Assembly (NCBI GenBank): GCA_031082155.1
Contig: JAVHLL010000007.1
Coordinates: 1,459 to 65,458, forward strand
Direction of reading: 5' to 3'
Origin: Thermodesulfovibrionales bacterium
GTDB lineage: Bacteria > Nitrospirota > Thermodesulfovibrionia > Thermodesulfovibrionales > SM23-35
DNA length: 64,000 bases
Shown here: positions 47,072-56,949 of the stretch, in pieces
How positions within the stretch are numbered: the first letter of the stretch is position 1
Layout of the letters: every line of letters starts with the position of its first letter
Made by a program: the position numbers and the translations under genes
The notes under the pieces: generated by a model
Database searches by the model: none
What the model was told of the DNA's origin: nothing
The model's input: only the letters and a program-made list of their open reading frames with translations

Positions 47072-49240
47072 CTATACCTTAAAGCGTGCTACCGTTTCCT
47101 GGAGAATTTCAGCGGTATGCGAGAGTTCAGCGGCCGAGGCCGAAAGTTCTTCCATCGCCGCAGTCTGCTCTTCAGAAGAAGCAGACGCTTCTTCTGCCGA
47201 CGAAGCCGTCTCTGCAGCTGACGACGCTATGCTTTCTATCTGTTTGGCAATATTCCTTACCTGTTCCGCAATGCCGGTGAACTGCATACCGATCTCCCCG
47301 ATGAGCACAGCGCCTGATTCCATATCTTTCTTGCCGTCCTGCACAATATTCATGGTGCCGCCTGTCTCCTGCTGGACTTCTTTGACAATTCGCGCGATCT
47401 CCCGTGCAGAGTTCGCTGAACTTTCCGCGAGTTTTCTCACTTCATCAGCAACGACTGCAAACCCGTGTCCGGACTCACCAGCACGGGCAGCTTCTATCGC
47501 TGCATTCAGTGAGAGCAGGTTTGTCTGGAAGGCTATTTTTGTGATTACATTCACGATATTGCCGATCTCGGATGACCGCGTAGAAAGACTTTTCATGGCT
47601 TCCACCGATCTTTCGGTTGCGCTCTGGAGGATTTTTGTATTTTCTGAAAGTTTCCTCATCAGATCATTCCCCTTCTCTGTAGAGGAATCAGCAGACTGCG
47701 ACGATCTCGTCGCCCCCTGTGAATTCTCTGCAACCGTCCCTGTGGCTGAAGAGATGAGCCCAAGCGCCGAAGACAGTTCAGACAGGCCGCGGGTTGACTG
47801 TTTTGTAACCGCAGCAATGGAATTCGCAGAAGTCGCGAGGAGGTCTGCCTGTTCGCGGATCCTTATTGTCATATCCCTGATTGAGGCAATCATTGCATTG
47901 GTGGCCTTACCGAGCTGATTGAGCAAGTCATCCCCGGTATCCTCGTTTGCGGATACGGTTAAATCGCCGGCTGCAACCTGCTGGAGCATCATGAAGTATT
48001 CAGTGAGACCCATTGCCAGATTCATGGAAGTGGAATGGAGTTCGTCCGAGGTAACGCGGAGATGTTCAAGCATGTGGTCAAACCCAATGCCGAGTATATC
48101 TTTTGCAGACCGCACATGGATCTTGACGTCCATATTGCCCTGTTTCACTTCCTCAACGCATCCCGCAAGCTTCCTGGATTCCTCAATCATTTCGTTGGTG
48201 ACTCTGCCCAGTTGGTTCAGGAGATCGTCTCCGGTTTTCTCATTCGCATGCACATCGAGATTGCCCTGGGCCAGTTCTGAAATGACTGCGAAATAATCGC
48301 TCATGCCAAGCGCAAGGTTCATTGAATTTGTATGGAGTTCCTCCATACTCTGTTTCAGGTTCTCTACCATCTTCTCAATGGCTTTACCAAGCACATCCCT
48401 GTCTGATCTTGGTTTTACCGAAGCTTCAAGATCCCCTGATGCAATCTTTTCAGCAGTTTTTGATAATTCACTCAGAGATAGAGCCATGTCTGAAAACGCA
48501 CTCTCGAGTTCCGTAATTTCATTCTCGCTTTTCTGCGCAAAGCGTTTCTGCATTAGCTCGGGGATTTCTCCTTCGGCAATTTTGCGGGCTATATTTGTTA
48601 CTTTTCGCAGCGGTTTCGCAATATCTCCTGTGAGGTAAACAGCAAGCATTATCACAGCGATCAGTGAGAAAAAGATGATGCTTTTGGAGAGGATGCCCTG
48701 ATGTCTCACAGATTGTTCCGCTTCAAGTTTGTATTTGGCATATACCTCACCGATGCCAGAGATGAAAGGATCATAAATCCCCATCAATTTGGGAAGGACG
48801 ACCTGCCGGACATTAAGAGAGAGCCTTTCGGCTTCTGCATAATCCCCGCGCTGGACCGCTTGGGTGACCAGTTTCCCCGATTCATGCAGTTTTTTATGGG
48901 GCTCATCCAGGGACCTGAAGAGATTTTCCAGTCCGGGATATGGCTGCTGATAGCTATAGTACCATTTACCAAAAAAACATTGCGCGGGATCAAGTTCGCC
49001 TCCAAAATGCTCCCGTTTTCTTACCGATTCCCTGAGATCGTCTACCCACTTATAATGGTTCACCTGCATCTCCCTCAGCTTGTCCTTCAGCTCAATCAGT
49101 TCATTCTGTTTCTTATTAACAGACTGGAGCGTGACAATCCCGCGCTGCCAGAAAATACCAAGGACCAGAATGACAAGAAACAGAAGACCAAAGCTCAGGA
49201 ATAATTTTTTCCCTATTGACAGGTTTTTCAATAATTTCAT
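47072..49240 (-). CDS. Methyl-accepting chemotaxis protein with extracytoplasmic CZB-like sensor and repeated HAMP-like modules
   Basis: 722 aa with two TMs (about residues 11-31 and 187-204). The CZB motif is H62..W65..C88FFG..W93..H115xxxH119. The C-terminal signalling domain has '[37 protein letters not shown]'. Confidence 0.85.
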   Translation of the reverse strand: MKLLKNLSIGKKLFLSFGLLFLVILVLGIFWQRGIVTLQSVNKKQNELIELKDKLREMQVNHYKWVDDLRESVRKREHFGGELDPAQCFFGKWYYSYQQPYPGLENLFRSLDEPHKKLHESGKLVTQAVQRGDYAEAERLSLNVRQVVLPKLMGIYDPFISGIGEVYAKYKLEAEQSVRHQGILSKSIIFFSLIAVIMLAVYLTGDIAKPLRKVTNIARKIAEGEIPELMQKRFAQKSENEITELESAFSDMALSLSELSKTAEKIASGDLEASVKPRSDRDVLGKAIEKMVENLKQSMEELHTNSMNLALGMSDYFAVISELAQGNLDVHANEKTGDDLLNQLGRVTNEMIEESRKLAGCVEEVKQGNMDVKIHVRSAKDILGIGFDHMLEHLRVTSDELHSTSMNLAMGLTEYFMMLQQVAAGDLTVSANEDTGDDLLNQLGKATNAMIASIRDMTIRIREQADLLATSANSIAAVTKQSTRGLSELSSALGLISSATGTVAENSQGATRSSQSADSSTEKGNDLMRKLSENTKILQSATERSVEAMKSLSTRSSEIGNIVNVITKIAFQTNLLSLNAAIEAARAGESGHGFAVVADEVRKLAESSANSAREIARIVKEVQQETGGTMNIVQDGKKDMESGAVLIGEIGMQFTGIAEQVRNIAKQIESIASSAAETASSAEEASASSEEQTAAMEELSASAAELSHTAEILQETVARFKV

Positions 49241-49268
49241 GGGTTATCCCCCTGATAGGTCCGGACGA

Positions 49269-49493
49269 TTAAAACTGTATCTGACAGCGTTTCTTACCGC
49301 CGCCCTCGTCTTTGACCCACATCAGCGTTTTCTTCGTCCTCTCGCACCACTGGCGAACGTCTTTTTCGAAGGTGGGACAGTCTGCGGTCACTTCAAGAAT
49401 ATCACTGGGCTTCAATTCTGCAGACTTTGCTGCGATCTTGAGTATCGGTTGAGGACACCTCAGTCCTACGCAATCTAATGTTACTGTTGCCAT
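49269..49493 (-). CDS. tusA: TusA/SirA family sulfurtransferase-like protein
   Basis: 74 aa starting at ATG 49493. 'LDCVGLRCPQPILK' carries the Cys-Pro-x-Pro motif. The longer ORF-track version (to 49778) overlaps mvhA and is not credible. Confidence 0.8.
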   Translation of the reverse strand: MATVTLDCVGLRCPQPILKIAAKSAELKPSDILEVTADCPTFEKDVRQWCERTKKTLMWVKDEGGGKKRCQIQF

Positions 49494-49560
49494 ACACTCC
49501 TCCTCTTTCTTGAAAGATATTGTTTTTAAAATTCCATCGGGTCTGTACCCCCGGTTTACT

Positions 49561-51024
49561 TCATGTCCGTTGCAGGGTCTGAACGATTTCCCCTCCATTG
49601 TTACGGATATGAATACGCAATGAACCGCCGCCGGGCACGGTGTGTGTCGCACAGGCAAAACACGGGTCATAAGCCCTGAATGCCATCTCGACCATATTGA
49701 GCAGACCGTCAGAGACCTTTCCTCCCTTGATAAGGCTCCGCGCAGCTTTCTCGATTGACATACAGATTGCCGCTGCATTATTCACCGTTGCGACTATAAG
49801 GTTGACCTCTGTGAGTATTCCTTTCTTATCCGTTTTATAATGGTGAATCAGGGTCCCCCGGGGGGCTTCTACGATACCAATCCCCTCTTCCGGTGTTGCC
49901 TGAGGGAGGTTCCTTATATGGGGATCGGTAATTGTTCTGTCCTGAGCGAGTTCGAGCAGCCGCTCTGCTGCGTACAGGGCTTCGATAAGCCGCGCCCAGT
50001 GGAAAGCAAGCGTATTGTGCGCAGGTTTTCCACCGAGGGTCTGGTACATCCTCTCATATTCGGCCTGCGCAAGAGGCGTTGCCATCCCGTCTGCAACATT
50101 CAAACGTGCAAGGGGAGCTACCCGGTATACACCGCTGTCAACGCCGTCAACAAAACCTTTCCATCCAACCTTTTTCAGGTAGGGGAATTTCACATAAGTC
50201 CAGGGTTCAACCCGCTCAGTGATATGGTCGAGGTACTCATCCGGTCTGAATTTTGCGAATTTCTTCCCTTCAGGAGTAATAACCTTCACGTCACCGTCAT
50301 AAAAATTCACCTTGTTGTTTTTATCAACTAACCCCATGTAATAGGTGACATGTTTATACACATCACCGAGTATCAGATCCACATATTCTTTGTTTTTAAG
50401 GACAACGTCGTTGAATATCTGCAGGGCAAACTGCGCAAATTCAACACCGTACTCTGCCACTTCCACCATTTTCAGGCGGTCTTCCTCGGTCAGCGGCTTT
50501 GATACTCCTCCAGGGAGGCCGCAAACCGGATGTATTACCCTTCCCCCGATATGGGTAATGATCTCGCGGCACCCTTTCCTGAGTTTGATTACCTTCCCTG
50601 CGATCTCCAATCCAACCTTTGCAATAACTCCCAGGATATTCCTTTCACCGGGAGCAGCGGACGGGCCGACTACAAAATCCGGGCCGCCGAGGAAAAAGAA
50701 ATGGAGCATATGGTCTTCGAGCATGAATGCAGAGTACATCAGTTCCCTGATCTTCTTTGCAGCAGGAGGAGGTTCAACCTTGAACAGGGAGTCCAGGGCC
50801 TTGGCTGAACACAGGTGATGTGTCGTAGGGCAAACCCCGCAGATCTTCGGGGTAATCCGCGGCATCTCCTCAGCAGGACGCCCGACGGAGAAGACTTCAA
50901 ACCCCCTCAGTTCAGGAACCTGGAAATAGGCCCTCTCCACGTCACCCTGTCCGTCGAGAAATATCTCTATCTTGCCGTGTCCTTCAAGTCTTGTGATCGG
51001 GTCTATGGTTATACGGTTCTTCAT
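49561..51024 (-). CDS. mvhA: [NiFe] hydrogenase large subunit, MvhA/Vhu-type (group 3c-like)
   Basis: 487 aa. N-terminal 'RLEGHGKI...CGVCP' and C-terminal 'DPCFACATH' are the Ni-Fe ligand motifs. Confidence 0.85.
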   Translation of the reverse strand: MKNRITIDPITRLEGHGKIEIFLDGQGDVERAYFQVPELRGFEVFSVGRPAEEMPRITPKICGVCPTTHHLCSAKALDSLFKVEPPPAAKKIRELMYSAFMLEDHMLHFFFLGGPDFVVGPSAAPGERNILGVIAKVGLEIAGKVIKLRKGCREIITHIGGRVIHPVCGLPGGVSKPLTEEDRLKMVEVAEYGVEFAQFALQIFNDVVLKNKEYVDLILGDVYKHVTYYMGLVDKNNKVNFYDGDVKVITPEGKKFAKFRPDEYLDHITERVEPWTYVKFPYLKKVGWKGFVDGVDSGVYRVAPLARLNVADGMATPLAQAEYERMYQTLGGKPAHNTLAFHWARLIEALYAAERLLELAQDRTITDPHIRNLPQATPEEGIGIVEAPRGTLIHHYKTDKKGILTEVNLIVATVNNAAAICMSIEKAARSLIKGGKVSDGLLNMVEMAFRAYDPCFACATHTVPGGGSLRIHIRNNGGEIVQTLQRT

Positions 51025-51028
51025 AATG

Positions 51029-51994
51029 TTAGATATCCAGTCTTCTCCTCAGCATGGATGCAGGCAATGAATAGAAGTAAAAAATTCCTGCAGGATCAAC
51101 AATGGAATCTATGATGCGTTTTATTTCTTCCTCTTCATTCATATCGATAATTGATGCGAGTGCAGAGAGAAATTTTGCCCCCTGATCTTCAATCCTGCTT
51201 GTGGAGCCAAAACAGCCCCTGCACGGCATATTTGCGTTGATGCACCGCTCACCGCATCCGTCGCGCGTGGCAGGCCCAAGACAGATGATCCCCTGATCCA
51301 GGAAACATCTCTCAGGATCGAGCATCACTTCATGTACTCTCCTGATCTCTTTTATGCTCGCACGTTCAGGTTTTGTCGTCTTCCTCTTGCAGGTATCGCA
51401 CAACGCCTTGTCCGGGGCGAGGACACTCCCTTTCTCCGGAAGGTTTCCGGAAAGTATTGCCTCCACTGCCTTCATGATGAGATCAGGAGGAGGAGCACAG
51501 CCGGGGAGATAGTAATCCACGTCGATAACCTGGTCCAATGTATACACAGTATCATAAAATTCCGGTAAAGTTAACTCTCCAACCTCGACCTTCGTCTTCT
51601 CCTGCGGGATAATTTTCCCGGGATTGTCATTAGACGGCGCATTGAAATATACCCAGTCGAATATTTTTTTACGGTTTACAAAATTCGCAAGTCCTGGGGT
51701 ACCGCCAATGTGCGCACAGGCGCCGAAGGCCACGACAAGCCCCGATTTCTTTCTGAGCAGTTTTGCCATATGTTCCTGCTCTCCCGTCCTGATTGCCCCA
51801 TTGATGAAACTGACCGCGATCTCGCCGTCACCCAGGGACTCCACATCCTTGACCTTGAAGTCCATGGCTACCGGCCAGAATACAAACTCCACGGCTTCCA
51901 CAACCTTGAGGATGTCTTCAGCAAGGTCGACTACCGCCTCTTCACAGCCTCCGCATGATGCGCACCAGTAGAACGCGACTTTTGGTTTACCCAA
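51029..51994 (-). CDS. mvhG: [NiFe] hydrogenase small subunit, MvhG-type
   Basis: 321 aa. '[12 protein letters not shown]' (proximal cluster) and further Cys clusters are present. It lies between mvhD and mvhA. Confidence 0.8.
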   Translation of the reverse strand: MGKPKVAFYWCASCGGCEEAVVDLAEDILKVVEAVEFVFWPVAMDFKVKDVESLGDGEIAVSFINGAIRTGEQEHMAKLLRKKSGLVVAFGACAHIGGTPGLANFVNRKKIFDWVYFNAPSNDNPGKIIPQEKTKVEVGELTLPEFYDTVYTLDQVIDVDYYLPGCAPPPDLIMKAVEAILSGNLPEKGSVLAPDKALCDTCKRKTTKPERASIKEIRRVHEVMLDPERCFLDQGIICLGPATRDGCGERCINANMPCRGCFGSTSRIEDQGAKFLSALASIIDMNEEEEIKRIIDSIVDPAGIFYFYSLPASMLRRRLDI

Positions 51995-52415
51995 CCCGCA
52001 GTTTCTCCTTGTCAGTCATGAGCGGACCCAGTTTTTTTACTGTTGCAACCATATCCCTGATCACCTCAACGAACTTTTCTCCTTCACTTGCAGAGACCCA
52101 GTCAAGGCGAAACCGTCCTTCATCGACGCCAAACTGTTTCAGCATGCGCTTCAGGAGATGAAATCTTCTGAGCGCTTTATAATTGCCCTCTTTATAATGG
52201 CAATCCCCGGGATGACATCCGAGGATGAGGACTCCGTCAGCTCCCGACTGGAACGCTTTCAGAACAAACTGGGGGTCGATTCTTCCGGTACACATGACAC
52301 GAATTACCCGCACATTGGGCGGATAGGTCTTCCGTGCGCTTCCGGCAGCATCCGCACCTGCGTAGGAACACCAGTTACAGAGAAATCCTACAATCTTTGG
52401 TTCGAAGTCCTTTAT
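51987..52415 (-). CDS. mvhD: MvhD (hydrogenase delta / FlpD-type 2Fe-2S subunit), non-canonical start
   Basis: Conserved '[39 protein letters not shown]...GCHPGDCHY'. The frame is open from TGA 52434-52436 with no ATG/GTG/TTG before GTG 52313. GGAGG lies 7 nt upstream of ATA 52415. Confidence 0.65.
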   Translation of the reverse strand: MKDFEPKIVGFLCNWCSYAGADAAGSARKTYPPNVRVIRVMCTGRIDPQFVLKAFQSGADGVLILGCHPGDCHYKEGNYKALRRFHLLKRMLKQFGVDEGRFRLDWVSASEGEKFVEVIRDMVATVKKLGPLMTDKEKLRVG

Positions 52416-54442
52416 TTCAGAACCTCCTCGATTTCAGCGAATATCTGTTCTTCAGTGAAATGTTTGCCCTTGAGACATCCGCTCGGGCATGCTGCGACAC
52501 AGGTACCGCACCCTTTGCAGAGGACGGTATTCACCACCGCGATCTTTTTCTCTTTATCGAACATGATCGCTTTATACGGACACAATCCTATACAGGTCAT
52601 GCACCCTGCACAACTGTTTTCGTCTGCCTCCGCGGTTATCACATCGAGTTCCAGTTTTCTTCCCGGGACGAGGACTGACAGCACCTGTCCTGCTGCGGCA
52701 GCGCCCTGGGCAACTGAACTCTGGATATCTTTTGGCCCCTGACAGCATCCTGCGATAAAAATCCCTTCAATATTGGTCGAAACCGGGGCGAGTTTTGTAT
52801 GTCCTTCTGCAAAGAACCCGTCCCTTCCGCTCGTAATGAGGAGCATTTCCGATAACCGCGAGGTATCCCGCGCAGGGATTATGGCGGGGCAGAGGACTAC
52901 CATGTCAGCGGCGAGAGGATTTTCTTTCCCCAACACATCGACACAGGAGACTGAGAGGGAGTCTTTGTTCTGTTTCACCGCAACACTCAGGGGAAGGTTG
53001 GTATGGATAAAGTAAATATTTTTCTTCTCCTTCAGAGAATCCAGAAATTCCTGATTATCCTTGCCCGGCACGCACCAGTCAGCGTATATGTCGTATATCT
53101 TTGCCCCAGGGGCATGTTTCTCGGCGAGACGGGCAAATTTCAGGGCATAGAGACAGCATACACTCGAACAGTATTCCTTATGCTTCTTGTTGCGGCTGCC
53201 CACACAATGAATGATTGCCAGAGACCTGGGCTCCTGTCCGTTCTTCATGAGCAGTTTTCCGCCTGTGGGTCCTGTCTGAGAGAGTATCCGTTCAAACTCC
53301 AGACCGGTATATACCTCGGGAATCTTGCCGTATCCGAATTGCGGAATGACCGAGGGATCGAAAAGCTCGAAGCCGATTGCCACAATTATGCTGCCGATAT
53401 TCCTTTCGAGGATTTCATCCTGTTTGTCATAGGTAATCGCATCGAACATACAGGCTTCCTGACAGGCTGTACAATCCTGCTTCTTGTAATTCTCAAATTC
53501 TTCCTGTGTGATAAGACCAAGATTGAGCGCTTCCTGCACCATGCCTGAATCAGTTTTCGCAAACCTCAAGCAATGCCCCTGGTCGAGAACCGGCACGTTC
53601 GGGAGGGCGCCGGTATACGGGATATGGATTGCTTTGCGGTCGCTCAGATGATAGTCAAACTCATTCCTGACCGAAACCGGGCAGGGTTCATAACAGGCGC
53701 CACAGCCAATGCATTTCTCTTTATCAACACAGGTGGCTCTCCTTTTTATTTTCACCGAAAAATTTCCGAGATATCCGAGGACCTCCACCACTTCGCTGCT
53801 GGTGATCAGCTCAATGTTCTCATCATGGAGGATCTCGTCCATCTTCGGTTCGAGCATACAGGAAGCACATTCCATCTTCGGGAAGACTTCTTCATATCGT
53901 GCAACCTTGCCCCCCACAAAAGAGTTCTTCTCGACGAGGTATACTTTTCTCCCGGCTTTTGCAAGAAGCAGCGCGGCTTCCATGCCTGCAGGTCCGGCTC
54001 CAATGACAAGCACGTCGGTATTGCATTCGATCTCTTTTTTCTCGAGCGGTTCATGGAGGGTTACCCGTTTCACCGCAGCGCGTATGTAGGCCTTTGCCTT
54101 TTCCGTGGCTGCTGCTTTATCAGCAGTCACCCAGGCTACCTGTTCCCTGATGTTCACCATCTGGAAGAGATAAGGATTAAAGCTCGCCCTGAGAAGTGTA
54201 TTCCTGAATGTCTTCTCGTGTTCCTTTGGTGTGCATGCAACGATCACGACCCGCTCAGGCTTTTCCTGAGCTACATCCGAGGCCAGGAAATTTTTTCCGT
54301 CCTCTGAACAGAGAAGGGGCTGATCCTTTACATACGCGACATTTTCAAGGCGGGATGAAAATTGAATAAGATCGTCAATATCTATATTTTCGGAAATATT
54401 TGTTCCGCACCTGCAAATATAGACACCGACCCTAACCTGCAT
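52412..54442 (-). CDS. hdrA: Heterodisulfide reductase subunit A-like flavoprotein
   Basis: 676 aa. FAD motif '[15 protein letters not shown]', multiple 4Fe-4S motifs ('[12 protein letters not shown]', '[12 protein letters not shown]') and N-terminal 'CRCGTNIS' are present. Confidence 0.9.
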   Translation of the reverse strand: MQVRVGVYICRCGTNISENIDIDDLIQFSSRLENVAYVKDQPLLCSEDGKNFLASDVAQEKPERVVIVACTPKEHEKTFRNTLLRASFNPYLFQMVNIREQVAWVTADKAAATEKAKAYIRAAVKRVTLHEPLEKKEIECNTDVLVIGAGPAGMEAALLLAKAGRKVYLVEKNSFVGGKVARYEEVFPKMECASCMLEPKMDEILHDENIELITSSEVVEVLGYLGNFSVKIKRRATCVDKEKCIGCGACYEPCPVSVRNEFDYHLSDRKAIHIPYTGALPNVPVLDQGHCLRFAKTDSGMVQEALNLGLITQEEFENYKKQDCTACQEACMFDAITYDKQDEILERNIGSIIVAIGFELFDPSVIPQFGYGKIPEVYTGLEFERILSQTGPTGGKLLMKNGQEPRSLAIIHCVGSRNKKHKEYCSSVCCLYALKFARLAEKHAPGAKIYDIYADWCVPGKDNQEFLDSLKEKKNIYFIHTNLPLSVAVKQNKDSLSVSCVDVLGKENPLAADMVVLCPAIIPARDTSRLSEMLLITSGRDGFFAEGHTKLAPVSTNIEGIFIAGCCQGPKDIQSSVAQGAAAAGQVLSVLVPGRKLELDVITAEADENSCAGCMTCIGLCPYKAIMFDKEKKIAVVNTVLCKGCGTCVAACPSGCLKGKHFTEEQIFAEIEEVLK

Positions 54443-54647
54443 GGATCCTGCTTCGGTTCTCAGAATATTTTTTAATCCTTATTATTCCCCCAAGAACCAT
54501 CTTGGCATATTATAAACCTATTCTGCATTGCTCTGTCAATAAATATAGCGTAATATTAGCACGTTTTGCAATTTTCCTGAAGCAATAATTGCATGACAAC
54601 AGAACGTGTAAATTTTTTCTGCAGTGACAAGAGCGCGTAAGTATTAC

Positions 54648-54677
54648 TTGTTTCCGGTGACATGATAGCTTTATAAT
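54648..54677 (+). promoter_or_regulatory. Possible promoter of tRNA-Ala
   Basis: TTGTTT (54648-54653), 18-nt spacer, TATAAT (54672-54677), 31 nt upstream of the tRNA. Confidence 0.3.
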
Positions 54678-54708
54678 TAGAAACACGCAGGAATATATAT
54701 ATCATAAC

Positions 54709-54784
54709 GGGCGGTTAGCTCAGTTGGGAGAGCGCCACGTTCGCAACGTGGAAGTCGGGGGTTCAAGTCCCCTACCGTCCACCA
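54709..54784 (+). tRNA. tRNA-Ala (anticodon CGC), CCA encoded
   Basis: Hand-folded: acceptor GGGCGGT/ACCGTCC with the G3:U70 Ala identity pair, D arm GCTC-AGTTGGGA-GAGC, anticodon arm CCACG-TTCGCAA-CGTGG, T arm GGGGG-TTCAAGT-CCCCT. Confidence 0.9.
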
Positions 54785-54850
54785 TATTTTCCCTTATGTT
54801 CCAAAGGATGTCCTTGATAATACAGAAAAACCAAGCAAACAGGGGGAACA

Positions 54851-56842
54851 ATGGCTGTTTTATGGGCAGATAATAAAATTAATAAGACAGAAATTCAGAC
54901 TATTCAGATCAATCTTGGGAACAAGTGCAATCAGAGATGTTCCCATTGCCATATCGGCGCTTCACCAAATGGCAAAAAGAACATGGAGGAATCCGTAGCA
55001 AGAAAAATTCTCTCGAAGCTCCTGGATATAAGTGCTGGAGTTATTGAGTTCACAGGTGGAGCTCCCGAACTTAATCCCAATCTTGAGCTGTTTCTCACCG
55101 AACTCGGAAAACACGGCAGACAAACAGTGGTGAGAACGAATCTGACGCTCCTTGATACACCTGAATATTCTTTTTACATGGATTTATACAGGCGCAACAA
55201 TGTGAAAATCATAGCCTCACTGCCAAGCTGCTTTAAGGATATTACAGATCGTCAGAGGGGCAAAGGGGGTTTCGACAAAAGCATAAAGGTCCTTCAGAAA
55301 CTTAACTCCATCGGCTATGGATTTGGAGATTTGGGTCTGGAACTGGTCTATAATCCCGAAGGGATATATCTGCCTCCGTCTGAGAAAGAATTAGAAAAGG
55401 ATTATAGAAAGCTCCTGAATGAAATGTACGGCATCACCTTTAACAGGCTCGTTACTATTACAAACTCCCCCATAGGCGGTTTCAGAAGATACCTCCTCAA
55501 TCAGAGCAAATTCGATGATTACATGAAGATGCTCGTGAATAATTTCAATCCCGAGACGTTGAATAACATCATGTGCAGACGTCTGCTCTCGATAGATTAT
55601 CAGGGATTTGTGTACGACTGCGATTTTAACCTTGCCCTCGAAATACGGGTGAAAGACTATGAAGAAAAGAAATTCTGGGAGATGGATTTTGAAAACTTCA
55701 ATCCGGAGATAACCTGCGGAGAGCACTGCTATGCCTGTACCGTAAACCAGGGAAGCAGTTGTCACGGGGCATTGATAAAAGATGAGACGGATTTTGACGT
55801 TACGGGGACAGTGAAACAGTATTATGGTTCGGAATTGAAAAGCAGATCAGATCTGAAGACTGGTGCATGCTGTACAACAGAAACGCTTCCCTCGCATATA
55901 ACAGAAGTAATGCCTTACATAGCTGATGAAATCAAGCAACGATACTATGGCTGCGGTTCTCCCGTTCCTCTCGTGCTCAATGGTTTGAGAGTCCTTGACA
56001 TCGGGTGCGGCACCGGAAAAGACTGCTATATTTTTTCAAAGCTGGTGGGAGAAGAAGGTTTTGTACACGGGATTGACATGACAGAAAACCAGATAGAAGT
56101 CGCCATAAGGTATCAAAATGAACAGACAGCACGATTCGGTTACAAAAAACCGAATGTGCACTTCATCCATGATTATATAGAAAATCTTGAAAAGCATTTT
56201 TCTGAAAATTCCCTCGACCTCATTGTTTCAAATTGCGTAGTAAATCTCATTGAAAAAAAAGAAAAGTTCATGAATCAGATATCCAGGATTCTCAAAAATT
56301 GCGGGGAGTTTTACTTTTCGGATATCTATGCCGACAGGAGAGCACCTGAACATATCAGAAAGAACCCTGTTCTTTACAGTGAATGTCTTGGAGGCGCCCT
56401 TTACTGGAAGGATTTCGAAAGAATTGCAAGAAAGGCAGGTTTTATCGATCCCCGGATAGTCTCAAAAAGAGTCGTCGATATATCAAATGAAGAAATTAAG
56501 AAACTCATAGGGAATATCACCTTCTACTCCATTACCTATAGACTCTGGAAAATCAAAGGACTTGAAGACGCCTGTGAAGATTACGGTCATGTTGCCATTT
56601 ACAGGGGAGGGATCCCGGAATCACCCTTTAAGTTGGCACTCGACGGTGAGCATGTCTTTGAAAAAGACAAGCCGGAGAGAGTATGCGGTAATACAGCGCT
56701 CATGCTTTCTGAGACCAGGGTTTCTCCATACATCGAGATTATCGGCAGCTTCGCACAGCACTTCGGGTTATTCACATATTGCAACACTACAACAAGCACT
56801 GAGCAGAGGAAAGATAGCCAAGATGGCTGTTCGTGCCGTTAG
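54851..56842 (+). CDS. Fusion of ArsS-like radical SAM/Cys-rich domain and ArsM-like As(III) SAM-methyltransferase
   Basis: 663 aa. The N-terminus has 'QINLGNKCNQRCSHCH' (Cx3Cx2C) and 'IDYQGFVYDCDFN...CYACTVNQGSSCHG' (DUF3641-like). The C-terminus has 'ACCTTE...YYGCGSPVP...VLDIGCGTGKDCY' (ArsM pattern). Confidence 0.7.
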   Translation: MAVLWADNKINKTEIQTIQINLGNKCNQRCSHCHIGASPNGKKNMEESVARKILSKLLDISAGVIEFTGGAPELNPNLELFLTELGKHGRQTVVRTNLTLLDTPEYSFYMDLYRRNNVKIIASLPSCFKDITDRQRGKGGFDKSIKVLQKLNSIGYGFGDLGLELVYNPEGIYLPPSEKELEKDYRKLLNEMYGITFNRLVTITNSPIGGFRRYLLNQSKFDDYMKMLVNNFNPETLNNIMCRRLLSIDYQGFVYDCDFNLALEIRVKDYEEKKFWEMDFENFNPEITCGEHCYACTVNQGSSCHGALIKDETDFDVTGTVKQYYGSELKSRSDLKTGACCTTETLPSHITEVMPYIADEIKQRYYGCGSPVPLVLNGLRVLDIGCGTGKDCYIFSKLVGEEGFVHGIDMTENQIEVAIRYQNEQTARFGYKKPNVHFIHDYIENLEKHFSENSLDLIVSNCVVNLIEKKEKFMNQISRILKNCGEFYFSDIYADRRAPEHIRKNPVLYSECLGGALYWKDFERIARKAGFIDPRIVSKRVVDISNEEIKKLIGNITFYSITYRLWKIKGLEDACEDYGHVAIYRGGIPESPFKLALDGEHVFEKDKPERVCGNTALMLSETRVSPYIEIIGSFAQHFGLFTYCNTTTSTEQRKDSQDGCSCR

Positions 56843-56949
56843 GCACAAATTATATAGATAAAATATAATAAAATATGACATGACTTGACAGTAGCAGAGT
56901 AGCAGTAGCAGGGTCTTGTTTATTGCAATATACGGACACAAATAAAATT

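Noticed and set aside
47052-47918. 288-aa plus-strand ORF rich in Ser/Ala, and several other long ORFs antisense to the MCP, hdrA, mfd, ligA, apgM and TatD-rSAM genes.
   Set aside because: These are shadow ORFs opposite genes with strong homology-type motifs. They have skewed low-complexity composition and no motifs of their own.
49494-49778. N-terminal 95-aa extension of the TusA ORF in the ORF track.
   Set aside because: The extension overlaps the 3' end of mvhA in another frame and has no TusA homology. TusA proteins are ~75-80 aa, and an ATG at 49493 gives exactly that.
52405-52425. Programmed -1 ribosomal frameshift fusing HdrA to MvhD (MvhD is C-terminally fused to HdrA in some organisms, and the mvhD frame is -1 relative to hdrA).
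   Set aside because: There is no X XXY YYZ slippery heptamer at CTG AAA TAA, and slipping tRNA-Lys from AAA to GAA would mismatch. A GGAGG at ideal spacing before ATA gives a simpler explanation. It is kept only as an alternative in the mvhD finding.
56890-56912. Short AGTAGCAG-type tandem iteration in the arsSM-mglA spacer, checked as a possible CRISPR or tandem-repeat array.
   Set aside because: Only about three irregular 7-8 nt units with no spacer structure. No CRISPR-like repeat-spacer array was seen anywhere in the window.
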